A stretch of DNA of 57,056 bases, taken from contig JBEKGP010000001.1 of assembly GCA_050012735.1 (NCBI GenBank), positions 68,055 through 125,110 on the forward strand, written 5' to 3'. Source of the DNA: Candidatus Dormibacteria bacterium. GTDB taxonomy: Bacteria > Chloroflexota > Dormibacteria > Aeolococcales > Aeolococcaceae. The position numbers were made by a program, and so were the translations under genes. The notes below the pieces were generated by a model that was not told the DNA's origin, did no database searches, and worked only from the letters and a program-made list of their open reading frames with translations. Of this stretch, positions 8,621-17,157 are shown one piece after another (position 1 is the first letter of the stretch; each line of letters opens with the position of its first letter).

Positions 8621-9001
8621 TCACTCTGTGCCCGGGGCCGCAACAACGGCAGCAACGTGTCCGCCGGTGGACCCGGGCGGCCTCTGCCACGCGCGCACGC
8701 ACTCCTCCCAGAAGCCCAACCTCACGCGGAAGCGGTCGGCCTGGGCAACGACCACGGGGACGTTGGTCAGCTCGACCTCCCGCCGGGCCTCGGAGGACTG
8801 GTCGGCCATCAGCGCGTGGATGCGCGCCAAGACGGCCTCCTCCATGGTGAGGATCTCGATGTAGACCTTCCGCCAGAAGAGGGCGAGCTCCAGGGAGGCG
8901 GTGGCCGGGTCAGGTTCGCCCTCCATGCGGATGGAGGCGTCTCCCCCGCGCAACGCCGCGACCATGTCGGGCCGGTCCTGATCTGCCTGGCTGGCGTCCA
9001 T
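8621..9001 (-). CDS. Small soluble helical protein, paralogous to the N-terminal domain of 9121..9684
   Basis: ORF 8621..9139 trimmed to ATG 9001 (MDASQADQ). The segment LELALFWRKVYIEILTMEEAVLARI...AQADRFRVRLGFWEECV aligns with HWMSIYDDLIRFKVGLLERV...AQMAGYHARLDLWYQRV of the neighbouring wHTH protein. Confidence 0.5.
   Translation of the reverse strand: MDASQADQDRPDMVAALRGGDASIRMEGEPDPATASLELALFWRKVYIEILTMEEAVLARIHALMADQSSEARREVELTNVPVVVAQADRFRVRLGFWEECVRAWQRPPGSTGGHVAAVVAAPGTE
8638..8656 (-). promoter_or_regulatory. Direct-repeat box copy 1 (minus-strand reading GTTGCTGCCGTTGTTGCGG)
   Basis: About 75-95 nt upstream of GTG 8562. Followed by ACAGAGTG (8622-8629). Overlaps the last codons of 8621..9001. 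Confidence 0.45.
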
Positions 9002-9022
9002 GAACTTCAGATACACCCGGGG

Positions 9023-9041
9023 CCGCAAGAAGTTCAGCAAC
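9023..9041 (-). promoter_or_regulatory. Direct-repeat box copy 2 (minus-strand reading GTTGCTGAACTTCTTGCGG)
   Basis: Lies in the 119-bp divergent intergenic region, 22-40 nt upstream of ATG 9001. Matches copy 1 at 15 of 19 positions, with identical outer halves GTTGCTG / TTGCGG. Confidence 0.4.
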
Positions 9042-9120
9042 TGACCGCGCCCGTCTCCGGGGGTCACCCCGCCGGCCTCCGATTTCCGGGCTCCCTCCGG
9101 AGTTAGGCTATAGCCACACC

Positions 9121-9684
9121 ATGGTGACAAGCGAACCAAACACGCCAGCTCGGGGCCCCCTTGAGGGCGAGAACCTCGAGACCGAGCACTGGGAAGACGC
9201 CCGCCACTGGATGAGCATCTACGACGACCTCATCCGCTTCAAGGTCGGACTCCTCGAGCGCGTGAAGCGGGAGCTGCCCAAGCTGCACCCGGTGGCCCAG
9301 AGGGCCGCCGACGTTGACGTCGCCTTCATCGAGGCTCAGATGGCCGGCTACCATGCACGGCTCGACCTCTGGTACCAGCGCGTGTGGCAGCTCCAGGGCC
9401 TCTGGCTCGACCCCAACGGCCGGGTGGTGCGCCACAAGGGTCAGGAGGCGGCGCTGACCACCCGCGAGTTCGAGCTGCTGCAGTTCCTGCTGGAGCACCC
9501 TCACCGCTTCTACTCCACGGCGCAGATCGCGAGCTACGCGTGGTCGGACGCGGCCCTGCTCCCCGAGGAGGTCCGCAACTACGTCACCAGGGTCCGCAGG
9601 ATCCTGGCTCGCCTGGGCATTCCCTGCGATCTGATCAACCGGCCTGGTCGCGGCTACTCGCTGACGTTTCGGAACACCGAGTAG
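9121..9684 (+). CDS. Transcriptional regulator: OmpR/PhoB-type winged-helix DNA-binding domain with a non-receiver helical N-terminal domain
   Basis: 187-aa ORF. The C-terminus LTTREFELLQFLLEHPHRFYSTAQIASYAW...EVRNYVTRVRRILARLG...INRPGRGYSL matches the Trans_reg_C pattern. The N-terminal ~95 aa has no Asp pocket or CheY fold signature. Confidence 0.7.
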   Translation: MVTSEPNTPARGPLEGENLETEHWEDARHWMSIYDDLIRFKVGLLERVKRELPKLHPVAQRAADVDVAFIEAQMAGYHARLDLWYQRVWQLQGLWLDPNGRVVRHKGQEAALTTREFELLQFLLEHPHRFYSTAQIASYAWSDAALLPEEVRNYVTRVRRILARLGIPCDLINRPGRGYSLTFRNTE

Positions 9685-9836
9685 CCGCCGACGAGGCGAA
9701 GACCGCCAGCCAAGCTGGTGAAGCGGGCGGTCGCCTGAGCTGACACCGGCCGCCGCCTTCTCCGGCAGAGGCGGGAACGCTTCCGCTGGGAGGGTGGCTT
9801 GCCCGTGAAGGCGGCGATCGCCTACTGGCGGAAGCT

Positions 9837-10271
9837 CTAAGCCGCCCTGCGAGCAGCGTTGCGGCTGAGCCTCGCCACCACGCTGGAAACGATGACGGCC
9901 GCCACGGCATACGCGGCCATGGCCAAAACGTCCGCCCAAACGAAGAGGTTTCCGTGCGTGGCGGAGGTGGTCTTCAGGATCCCCACGAACGGAGAGGCGA
10001 GGAAGGAGCCGACGGTGAAGGTGAGCGCCGCAAAGCCGATGTTGAGCGATCCGATGGCATGGAAGACGAAGTCCAGCATGAGGAAGGCCAGCGCGACCAC
10101 GACGGCCAGCTCGACAAGCCTGATCACCGAACGCCCGGACCACGTGTGGGGCCAGGCGGTGCGGGGGGCGGCTCGGTACGACGCCACGGGCGTCATCGGC
10201 GTTGTGGTGGTGATGGGATGCGGGCTCTGCCCATCACTGGCGACACGGTCCTGCACCTGTACATCGGTCAC
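9837..10271 (-). CDS. Uncharacterised multi-pass membrane protein, paralog B of 8122..8562
   Basis: 144-aa ORF starting at GTG 10271 behind AAAGGAGG. See paralog A for the shared motifs. Confidence 0.65.
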   Translation of the reverse strand: MTDVQVQDRVASDGQSPHPITTTTPMTPVASYRAAPRTAWPHTWSGRSVIRLVELAVVVALAFLMLDFVFHAIGSLNIGFAALTFTVGSFLASPFVGILKTTSATHGNLFVWADVLAMAAYAVAAVIVSSVVARLSRNAARRAA

Positions 10272-10352
10272 GGGGGTCCCTCCTTTGGGTCACTCGACCC
10301 CGAGGCCCTCTGAAACCTGTGGCACCGGGTGACGCCCACTCTGTCGGAGGAC

Positions 10353-10371
10353 CCGCAACGACCGCAGCAAC
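10353..10371 (-). promoter_or_regulatory. Direct-repeat box copy 3 (minus-strand reading GTTGCTGCGGTCGTTGCGG)
   Basis: Intergenic, about 82-100 nt upstream of GTG 10271. Followed by ACAGAGTG (10337-10344), as in copy 1. Confidence 0.45.
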
Positions 10372-10425
10372 AGCTCAACGCGCCATTCGCGGCAGGCCGC
10401 TCCCCCATCGCGCACGCGCCGCAGC

Positions 10426-11361
10426 ATGACTAGGATTCGAGAGATGAACATTCCGAGTGACCAGAGCCCGTTGCGCTCGCTGATCCGGTCCGAACCACTG
10501 GAGCATCCGCCGGTCCTGCTCTGGAAGCACTTTCGGATCGACGAGCCACACGAGCTGGCGCGCCGGACGGTGCGCTTCTACCGCGACCACCGGCTGGCCG
10601 CGGCCAAGCTAATGCCCGACATTCCCCTGCTCTTCGCGGACGGCGCGCTGTCGTCCTGGTCGCAGGTCGCCCAACTCCGCCGGTTCGGCCCCATCGAGAC
10701 GGTGGGACGCGCCGCCGAGTACGTGCGCACCGTGGAGCTGGTGAGGCGGGAGCTGGACACCGACGACGTCCTCCTGGTCACGCTCTTCTCGCCGCTTGCC
10801 CTGATCGGTCTCTGGTGCGGCCCGGAGGGGCTGCGCGAGCTGGCGGAGGCAGAGCGCTCCGTCGCCCACGCGGTGCTCTGGGCCCTCGCCGGGGTGGTCA
10901 ACGAGCTGGCCGCGGCGTGCTGCGCGGCGGGTGCCGACGGCGTCTACTACTCGTGCTGGGGGCAGGATGTGCTCGGCTCGGATCAATACGCCGAGCTCGG
11001 TATCCCCTATGACCTGGCCGGCCTTCGCGGAGCGGCCGGCGCCGAGTTCCGCCTCCTCCACCTTCACGGCGCGGTCGACGGCGGCCTGGAGCGGTACGTC
11101 GGATACCCGGTCCAGGCGGTCGGCTGGAGCGAGGTGGAGAGCTCGGTGACCTTGAGCGAGGGAGCCCGGATCCTGGCCGGCAAGTTCGTCATGGGTGGCA
11201 TCCGGGAGGATCGCGCCGGTCCCGCGGACGCGGCGTCGAAGGCACACGTTGCGGCCCTCGTGGAGGAGCTCGGGACGCGTTTCGTGGTCGCACCCGGGTG
11301 CTCACTCCCCGACCGCACGGGTGACGAGGCCCTGGCCAGCCTCAGGGCTCTCGCCGGCTGA
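10426..11361 (+). CDS. Uroporphyrinogen decarboxylase (URO-D) superfamily protein, function unknown (MtaA/CmuA-like or HemE-like fold)
   Basis: 311-aa ORF. The overall pattern (PVLLWKHF..., LMPDIPLLFAD, TLFSPLAL, GADGVYYSCW, PGCSLP) resembles URO-D-family TIM barrels. Assignment is by pattern only. Confidence 0.6.
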   Translation: MTRIREMNIPSDQSPLRSLIRSEPLEHPPVLLWKHFRIDEPHELARRTVRFYRDHRLAAAKLMPDIPLLFADGALSSWSQVAQLRRFGPIETVGRAAEYVRTVELVRRELDTDDVLLVTLFSPLALIGLWCGPEGLRELAEAERSVAHAVLWALAGVVNELAAACCAAGADGVYYSCWGQDVLGSDQYAELGIPYDLAGLRGAAGAEFRLLHLHGAVDGGLERYVGYPVQAVGWSEVESSVTLSEGARILAGKFVMGGIREDRAGPADAASKAHVAALVEELGTRFVVAPGCSLPDRTGDEALASLRALAG

Positions 11362-11893
11362 CCACGGGTCCCTCCGGCGCCAGGCGAATCAGCGCGGGAT
11401 AGGTGACCAAGGCGATGGCGAGATGCATGAGCATCAGCACTCCCACGCCGCGGATCGGCTCCCTGTGAGCCAGTATCCAGAGATCGGGCAGCCAGAGCAC
11501 GAGCGTCACCAGCACGGCCAGCCGCAGGAACAGCCAGCGCGGCTGGGACGCGATCCAGGTCACCACCGGCCAGGCGATGCAGGCGACGGTCACGCCCACG
11601 ATGGTGAGCTTGGCGTAGTCCGAGAACTGGAAGTGCGGGAAGTTCTGCGTTGAGGGGAAGACCCACTTCCCGAGTGCGACCAGGACCGCGTCGGAGATCA
11701 GAGAGCCGGCGTTGGCGACGATCAGCGCCGCCACCCAGCGAATCCCCGACGGGGACGCGTGACGCGCCCGGGGATCGACCTTGAAGGCGCGGAGCAGGCC
11801 CCGGACCGGGCCGGGAAGCGCCTCGAAGGCGGCGGCCAGCGAGAGGCCGTCGGGTCCGCGCGACGGTGCATGGGAGGGCGGTCGATCGCTCAT
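11342..11893 (-). CDS. Integral membrane protein (about 4 TM), unknown function
   Basis: ORF 11342..11959 trimmed to ATG 11893 (MSDRPPSH). Four hydrophobic helices. The 3' end overlaps the convergent upstream gene by 20 nt. Confidence 0.5.
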   Translation of the reverse strand: MSDRPPSHAPSRGPDGLSLAAAFEALPGPVRGLLRAFKVDPRARHASPSGIRWVAALIVANAGSLISDAVLVALGKWVFPSTQNFPHFQFSDYAKLTIVGVTVACIAWPVVTWIASQPRWLFLRLAVLVTLVLWLPDLWILAHREPIRGVGVLMLMHLAIALVTYPALIRLAPEGPVVSRREP

Positions 11894-11975
11894 GACCAGG
11901 GCAGCTCCTGTGAGGGGGCGGTACACGTGGTGCCGCGATGCACTCGACCAAGATGCCACACCACGCGGGTGGGAG

Positions 11976-13922
11976 CTACGCCGTGCCCCTCTCGGTGACC
12001 ATGCGAAGCTGCGCCGGCTCCTCGGCCGCGACCCCCTCCCGGTCGGGGCGGTCTGCGGAGACGCTCGCGCCCCGGCGAAGGTCGGACGCCATGGTCGCCT
12101 GGCCGCCGGCCGCCAGCGCGATTTCCCGGGCTGTGGTTGACACCTGCCGGCTGGCCACGCTCACCTGTTCCATGGCATCGACCACCTGGGCCGAGGCGCT
12201 GCGCTGCTCACGAGTGGCCAGCTGCACCTGGGAGCTTGCCTCGGCGACCTTCTCCATGAGCTGAAGGCCGCCCTCGAGCTCGGCCACTCCCTTATCCATC
12301 GCCATCACCGTGGCGCTGGTCTCCGCCCTGGTCTCCTGGGTGATCCCCGCGATGTCACCGGCCAGTCCCTTGGTCCGCTCGGCGAGGCGGCGAACCTCGT
12401 CGGCGACGACGGAGAACCCACGGCCCATGTCCCCGGCGCGTGCCGCCTCAATGGCGGCGTTGAGTGCGAGGAGGCTGGACTGATCGGCGATGTCGTTGAT
12501 GACCGTCAGGATGGAGGTGATCTCCTGGACGCGTTTGGCCAGGGTGAGGGTCCGGTCGCTGCTGGCGCGGATGTCTTGCTGGGCGTGCTCGAGGCTGTCC
12601 CGCGTCTCCATCGCCTGGAGTGCCACATGGTCCACCGTCTCTGCGATCTGGGTCGAGGTGCGAGCCAGCTCCTCCATGCTCGCCGACGTCTCACTCGCCG
12701 CCGAGCTCTGCTGTGCCGTGCTGGCCGCCAGCTGGCTGGAGGCCGCCGACAGCCCGGCCGCGGACTCCGCCAGCTGAACGCTGGTTCGTTGCACCCGGGT
12801 GACCAGGCCGCCGAGGCGTTCGACCATGAGGTTGAAGCTCTCCGCCAGGGTCGCCACCTCGGCCGTGCCCGCCGGCGGCACCCGTGCCGAGAGATCGCCG
12901 TTGGCGATGCGACGCGCGGTCGCCGCCATCTTCCCGATCGGCTGCGTGAGACGCATCGACACGAGCAGGAGGAGGAGGACGAGCACCGCAGCGCCGCCGA
13001 TCAGGGCCAGGCCGGCGATCGCCTGCTGGGTGCCCACCGAGGCCAGAGCGACGTCAGCGGGCTCGGTGGCGACGATCGCCCAGCCGAGGGGGAGGTCACG
13101 GGCGAAACCGGAGATGGTGTCCGCTTTCCCCAGCCCGTATCTCACCGTCCCGGGTTGACCGCTACCGGCGAGAGCCGCGCTCACGGCCGGGGTGTCCACA
13201 CTCTCGACGAGGGCGCCCTCCTGGATCATCTGGGCGTCCGACCCGGCGCTCATGGTGGAGTTGAAGATCAGGAGGTGGTCGGGCCCCACCGCCTGGAGCC
13301 CGATCGACGACGAGGTGCTGTCGGTCACGCTGAGGAACACCGGGCCAAGCTGTTGGGCCGTGTTGATGACGCCGACCAGGATGCCGTTGAAGCTGAGGCT
13401 TCCGGTGGTGACCGGTCGGGCCGCGTACCACTGGAGCTCCCCGCCCTGCCTCTGTATCGGGCTGATCACGCTCTGCTGGGCAGCGGTCGCGAGCCAGCTA
13501 CCGCCCTCGAAGGATGCCCCGGCGGCGCTGCCGCCGCTCGAGGCGATGATCTGACCCTGGGCGTCCACCAGGTCGATCTGAGTGAAGGCCGAGCTCTCGG
13601 CGAAGAAAAGGCGCTGCAGCTCGGCGTCGGCGCCGCTCAAGGCCGTGGGGCTCGCCTCCAGCGCCGCGGCATAGCCCGACAGCTCGGCCTGGACCAGCTG
13701 TTCCCAGGCGTCGAGACGGGCGCTGGCCGCGCGAGCTAGGTCTTCCATATGCGAGCTGGTCGCCGCCGAGAGTGCGCCGGCGGAGCTGGAGGTGATGACG
13801 TACACGACGATGGCCATGACCCCGACCGTGGCGACCAGAGTGGGGGCGAGCAGCCGGATGAAGAAACGGTGGCTGAGCACGATCAGTTGCCGGACGATGA
13901 GACGGGCGACACGCAGCGGCAT
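11976..13922 (-). CDS. Methyl-accepting chemotaxis protein (N-terminal TM, periplasmic Cache-like sensor, HAMP, MA signalling domain)
   Basis: 648-aa [32 protein letters not shown]...[12 protein letters not shown]. Conserved signalling hairpin [24 protein letters not shown]...[28 protein letters not shown] lies upstream of ATG 13922. Confidence 0.9.
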   Translation of the reverse strand: MPLRVARLIVRQLIVLSHRFFIRLLAPTLVATVGVMAIVVYVITSSSAGALSAATSSHMEDLARAASARLDAWEQLVQAELSGYAAALEASPTALSGADAELQRLFFAESSAFTQIDLVDAQGQIIASSGGSAAGASFEGGSWLATAAQQSVISPIQRQGGELQWYAARPVTTGSLSFNGILVGVINTAQQLGPVFLSVTDSTSSSIGLQAVGPDHLLIFNSTMSAGSDAQMIQEGALVESVDTPAVSAALAGSGQPGTVRYGLGKADTISGFARDLPLGWAIVATEPADVALASVGTQQAIAGLALIGGAAVLVLLLLLVSMRLTQPIGKMAATARRIANGDLSARVPPAGTAEVATLAESFNLMVERLGGLVTRVQRTSVQLAESAAGLSAASSQLAASTAQQSSAASETSASMEELARTSTQIAETVDHVALQAMETRDSLEHAQQDIRASSDRTLTLAKRVQEITSILTVINDIADQSSLLALNAAIEAARAGDMGRGFSVVADEVRRLAERTKGLAGDIAGITQETRAETSATVMAMDKGVAELEGGLQLMEKVAEASSQVQLATREQRSASAQVVDAMEQVSVASRQVSTTAREIALAAGGQATMASDLRRGASVSADRPDREGVAAEEPAQLRMVTERGTA

Positions 13923-14262
13923 CTGGTTTGGCTCCAGGCTCCGTCATGCGCACTTGATGCGCGCGGCCATGACGGATTCGAGAGATTGAATACCAGGGAC
14001 CTCAGCGGCTGGGGTGACGTCAATGCCACAGATGGCATGACCCTGTCGCAACCCCGCTGTCCTAATCCGCTAACCGGAGGATCCCACCTTGGAGACGCGG
14101 CTCCACCCGTGGGGGCAGGCCTCGCCACGCCGACCGGCTGGTCCCACAGGCAGGCCCGTGAAACGGCCGCCACGATCGCCAGGACAGCGCCCCTCACGGC
14201 CCCGCTAGGGTGATTCGTGTCCTACAATTTTATCCATTGACCGATCTAATCAGGGGCTGAGC

Positions 14263-15438
14263 GTGTCCTTGCCTCCCTCCGCTCGCCGGCAGCGCTCCAG
14301 GAAGCAGCTGCTGGATGTCCTGACCAATCATCCGGAGGGTGTCGCGCGCGTCTACTTAAGTAGTACTACCGGACTATCCCGAAGCGCCGTCGCCGAAGGG
14401 GTTCAGGACCTCCTGGCCGCCGAGCTGGTCGTCGAGCAACCGGGTGACGTGCGCAGTCCGCGGGGCCCCCGGGGACGCCCCTCGACGCTGCTGGTGCCGG
14501 TGACACCCCGGGGGGTGGTGATGGGCATCGACATCGGTCACACCCACATCGCGGTCGCCATCGCGCAGACCGACGGTCAGGTGCTGGCCGAGCAGCGCGA
14601 GACGTTCGACGTCGATGACCGATCCGGGGCTGCCCTGGACGCCGCCGCGCAGCTCGTCCAGAGTCTCGTCGCCGATCACGAGATGCTGATGACCGACGTC
14701 CTCGGCATCGCGGCAGGCATCCCCTGCCCTCTGGACCTCACCACCGGGCGGACCTCTCCACTCGGCGACCACCCCACGTGGGCCGGTCTCGACGCCGGAG
14801 AGGAGCTCGCCCGCCGGATCGGCCGGCCGGTGCAGGTGAGCAACGACGCCGAGATGGGGGCTCACGGCGAACGCCGCTTCGGTGCCGCTCGCGGATGCCG
14901 TGACTTCATCTACGTCAAGGCTTCGCACGGTATCGGCGCCGGGCTGGTGCTGAACGGGCAGGTGTACCGGGGCGCAACCGGGGCAGCCGGGGAGATCGGC
15001 CACGTCCAGCTGGCCGGCGCCCGCGGCCTGTGCCGTTGCGGCAACCTCGGCTGCCTGGAGACCGTCGTGTCCATCGCCGAGGTGCACCGGGAGTTCGACG
15101 AGCTCCGCCTCCCGGGTCTGGCCCACAGGGCCGGCGGCTCTCTCGCCGCTATCAGTGTCACTCCGGTCGCCGCTCGCATCCTCACCGAGAACGGCAGGGT
15201 CCTCGGGCGCGTTCTCGCCGATCTGTGCACCTTCCTGAACCCTGCCGCCATCATCCTGGGCGGCGAGCTGGCGACCAGCGGCCAACCTCTTCTGAGCGGT
15301 GTCCAGGAATCCGTTCACCGCTATGCGCTCGCTCCGGCCGCCCAGGCCGTCGACATCCGGATCGCTCAACTCGGCCTCCGCTCGGAGCTCATGGGAGCGG
15401 TGGCGCAGGCGATCCAGCACGCCCTCATCCGCGCCTGA
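14263..15438 (+). CDS. ROK-family transcriptional regulator
   Basis: 391-aa ORF (GTG start). N-terminal wHTH LLDVLTNHPEGVARVYLSSTTGLSRSAVAEGVQDL, sugar-kinase fold GIDIGHTHIAV, ROK zinc motif CRCGNLGCLET. Confidence 0.85.
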   Translation: MSLPPSARRQRSRKQLLDVLTNHPEGVARVYLSSTTGLSRSAVAEGVQDLLAAELVVEQPGDVRSPRGPRGRPSTLLVPVTPRGVVMGIDIGHTHIAVAIAQTDGQVLAEQRETFDVDDRSGAALDAAAQLVQSLVADHEMLMTDVLGIAAGIPCPLDLTTGRTSPLGDHPTWAGLDAGEELARRIGRPVQVSNDAEMGAHGERRFGAARGCRDFIYVKASHGIGAGLVLNGQVYRGATGAAGEIGHVQLAGARGLCRCGNLGCLETVVSIAEVHREFDELRLPGLAHRAGGSLAAISVTPVAARILTENGRVLGRVLADLCTFLNPAAIILGGELATSGQPLLSGVQESVHRYALAPAAQAVDIRIAQLGLRSELMGAVAQAIQHALIRA

Positions 15439-15471
15439 GCCGGATTCGCCACCTCTCCAGCTCCGGGACCA

Positions 15472-15499
15472 TTGACAGATGCCGCAGGCGGACCAGAAT
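15472..15499 (+). promoter_or_regulatory. Candidate sigma70-type promoter (TTGACA-16 nt-CAGAAT)
   Basis: TTGACA at 15472-15477 and CAGAAT at 15494-15499, about 35 nt upstream of ATG 15535, which has SD GGAGG. Confidence 0.3.
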
Positions 15500-15534
15500 C
15501 CGATGCGGGTAGGGCCCCACCGAAGGAGGCACAC

Positions 15535-15729
15535 ATGGCACCCAGGCGCGACATCTACGTTGACGATGACGACGTGGCCCTCTGGGACAGGGCCGAGCAG
15601 CTGGCTGGCGACGAGGGCTTGGCGGGATTCCTCGCCGAGGCACTCCAGAGCTACATCCGGGAACATGGGGAGGCGACCACCCCTCCCGGTGTGGCTGCAC
15701 CCAACGTCTTCCCTGACAAGCTCGACTGA
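15535..15729 (+). CDS. Small ribbon-helix-helix-like protein (orphan antitoxin-like / CopG-like)
   Basis: ORF 15472..15729 trimmed to ATG 15535 behind GGAGG. RRDIYVDDDDVALWDRAEQLAGDEGLAGFLAEALQSYIRE fits a beta-strand plus two-helix RHH pattern. No adjacent toxin gene. Confidence 0.35.
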   Translation: MAPRRDIYVDDDDVALWDRAEQLAGDEGLAGFLAEALQSYIREHGEATTPPGVAAPNVFPDKLD

Positions 15730-15796
15730 GCGAGATCAGTGACCTCCTCCCCCGGAACTGGCCAGGCGAGTCTTCTTCTATGCTGCGCTCGTCGTC

Positions 15797-16834
15797 ATGG
15801 ATGAGAAGGCTTCCGTAGTCGTGTTCGAGGCCGAGGCCGGCCAGGACAGCCGCCTACGCGACGCCCTCCCGGGCGTGGGCTGCCGATTCGTCGAGCAGGC
15901 GCTCTCCGACCAGACCGTTGATCAGGTGGGCGAGGTGACCGTTGTATCGGTCTTCATCCGCTCCCAGGTGAGCCGCTCCGTCATCGAGAGCATGGCCAAG
16001 GTACGGCTGGTCGCCACCCGCTCGACCGGGTACGACCACATCGACCTCGCTGCCTGCCGGGAGCGTGGCATCACCGTCTCGAACGTCCCCACCTACGGTG
16101 AGAACACGGTCGCCGAGCACGCCTTCAGCCTCATCCTCGCCCTCTCCCGGCGCCTCGGGGTCGTGACCCGGCGCATCTCGCACGGAGATTTCTCGCTGGG
16201 CGGCCTCATGGGTTCCGACCTGCGCTCCAAGACCTTGGGGGTGGTCGGTGCCGGCAACATCGGCCTCCATGTCATCCGCATGGGCCGCGCTTTCGGCATG
16301 GAGGTGCTCGCCTATGACGCGCACCCCCAGCCCATGCTCGCCGAGGTGCTGGGGTTCCGCTACGTCTCGCTCGACGAGCTGCTGACAACTGCGGACGTCA
16401 TCAGCCTGCACGTCCCCTACCGACCGGAGACGCATCACCTCATCGACCGGGACCGTCTGATGATGATGAAACCCGGAGCGCTGCTCATCAACACCGCGCG
16501 GGGGGCGCTGGTGGACACGGCCGCGCTCCTGGAAGCGCTCGACAGCGGCCGCCTGGGAGGTGCCGGTCTGGACGTCATCGAGGGCGAGGAGCTGCTCATG
16601 GAAGAGCGGCAGATGTTCCACATTCCCGAGACTGAGGAACGGATGCGCCAGCTGCTCACCGGGCACGCTCTGGCCCGGCATGAGAATGTGATCCTCACCC
16701 CGCACATGGCCTGGTACAGCCGAGAGGCGATCGACCGCATCCTGGACGTCACGGCCCTCAACATCGAGAGCTTCCTGTCGGGAACCGCGCTGAACGTCGT
16801 TGCCGCCGACGATTCGCCGCGGGAGAAGGGCTGA
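15797..16834 (+). CDS. D-isomer-specific 2-hydroxyacid dehydrogenase (NAD-binding)
   Basis: 345-aa ORF. GVVGAGNIGLHVIRMGRAFGMEVLAYD nucleotide-binding motif, INTARGALVD, TPHMAW catalytic His region. Confidence 0.85.
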   Translation: MDEKASVVVFEAEAGQDSRLRDALPGVGCRFVEQALSDQTVDQVGEVTVVSVFIRSQVSRSVIESMAKVRLVATRSTGYDHIDLAACRERGITVSNVPTYGENTVAEHAFSLILALSRRLGVVTRRISHGDFSLGGLMGSDLRSKTLGVVGAGNIGLHVIRMGRAFGMEVLAYDAHPQPMLAEVLGFRYVSLDELLTTADVISLHVPYRPETHHLIDRDRLMMMKPGALLINTARGALVDTAALLEALDSGRLGGAGLDVIEGEELLMEERQMFHIPETEERMRQLLTGHALARHENVILTPHMAWYSREAIDRILDVTALNIESFLSGTALNVVAADDSPREKG

Positions 16835-16914
16835 CCGGACAACGGGCATCCCGCGCGGCCGTCGGCCCGCTTCATCTCCGCCCAATGGTGGCGCGCTGTC
16901 CACCTGCGCGGCTG

Positions 16915-16988
16915 TCGGGGAGCGCGGACTCGAACCGCGGACCCCTGGTCCCCCAGACCAGTACTCTAACCATCTGAGCTACTCCCCG
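16915..16988 (-). tRNA. tRNA-Pro (anticodon GGG)
   Basis: Reverse complement CGGGGAGTAGCTCAGATGGTTAGAGTACTGGTCTGGGGGACCAGGGGTCCGCGGTTCGAGTCCGCGCTCCCCGA folds as a cloverleaf: 7-bp acceptor, anticodon loop CTGGGGG, T-loop TTCGAGT. CCA is not encoded. Confidence 0.9.
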
Positions 16989-17157
16989 ACGGGTCCACGC
17001 CCAGTGTAGCGGAGCCCCGGAGCGCCTCGCCAGCTCGCCGGCGGGGCCGGGCGCGGCCTCCCGATTCCGCCCGATGGCACCGGAGCGGCCACCCGGGGAA
17101 GCGGGCCTCGCCCAAACGGCGCATCGGCCCGGCGCATTCGTGGCAAACTCCGTTCCC

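Noticed and set aside
8618-9106. 162-aa plus-strand ORF overlapping the small helical-protein gene
   Set aside because: It is antisense to 8621..9001, which has a paralog-supported reading frame. It shows no motifs and has the composition typical of an antisense frame.
10375-10590. 71-aa minus-strand ORF considered as a third copy of the small helical protein upstream of membrane paralog B
   Set aside because: Only the ~37 nt after its stop codon resembles the 3' end of 8621..9001. The ORF body shows no similarity and overlaps the start of the URO-D-like gene on the other strand. I treat the conserved part as a regulatory box, or at most a duplication relic, not as a gene.
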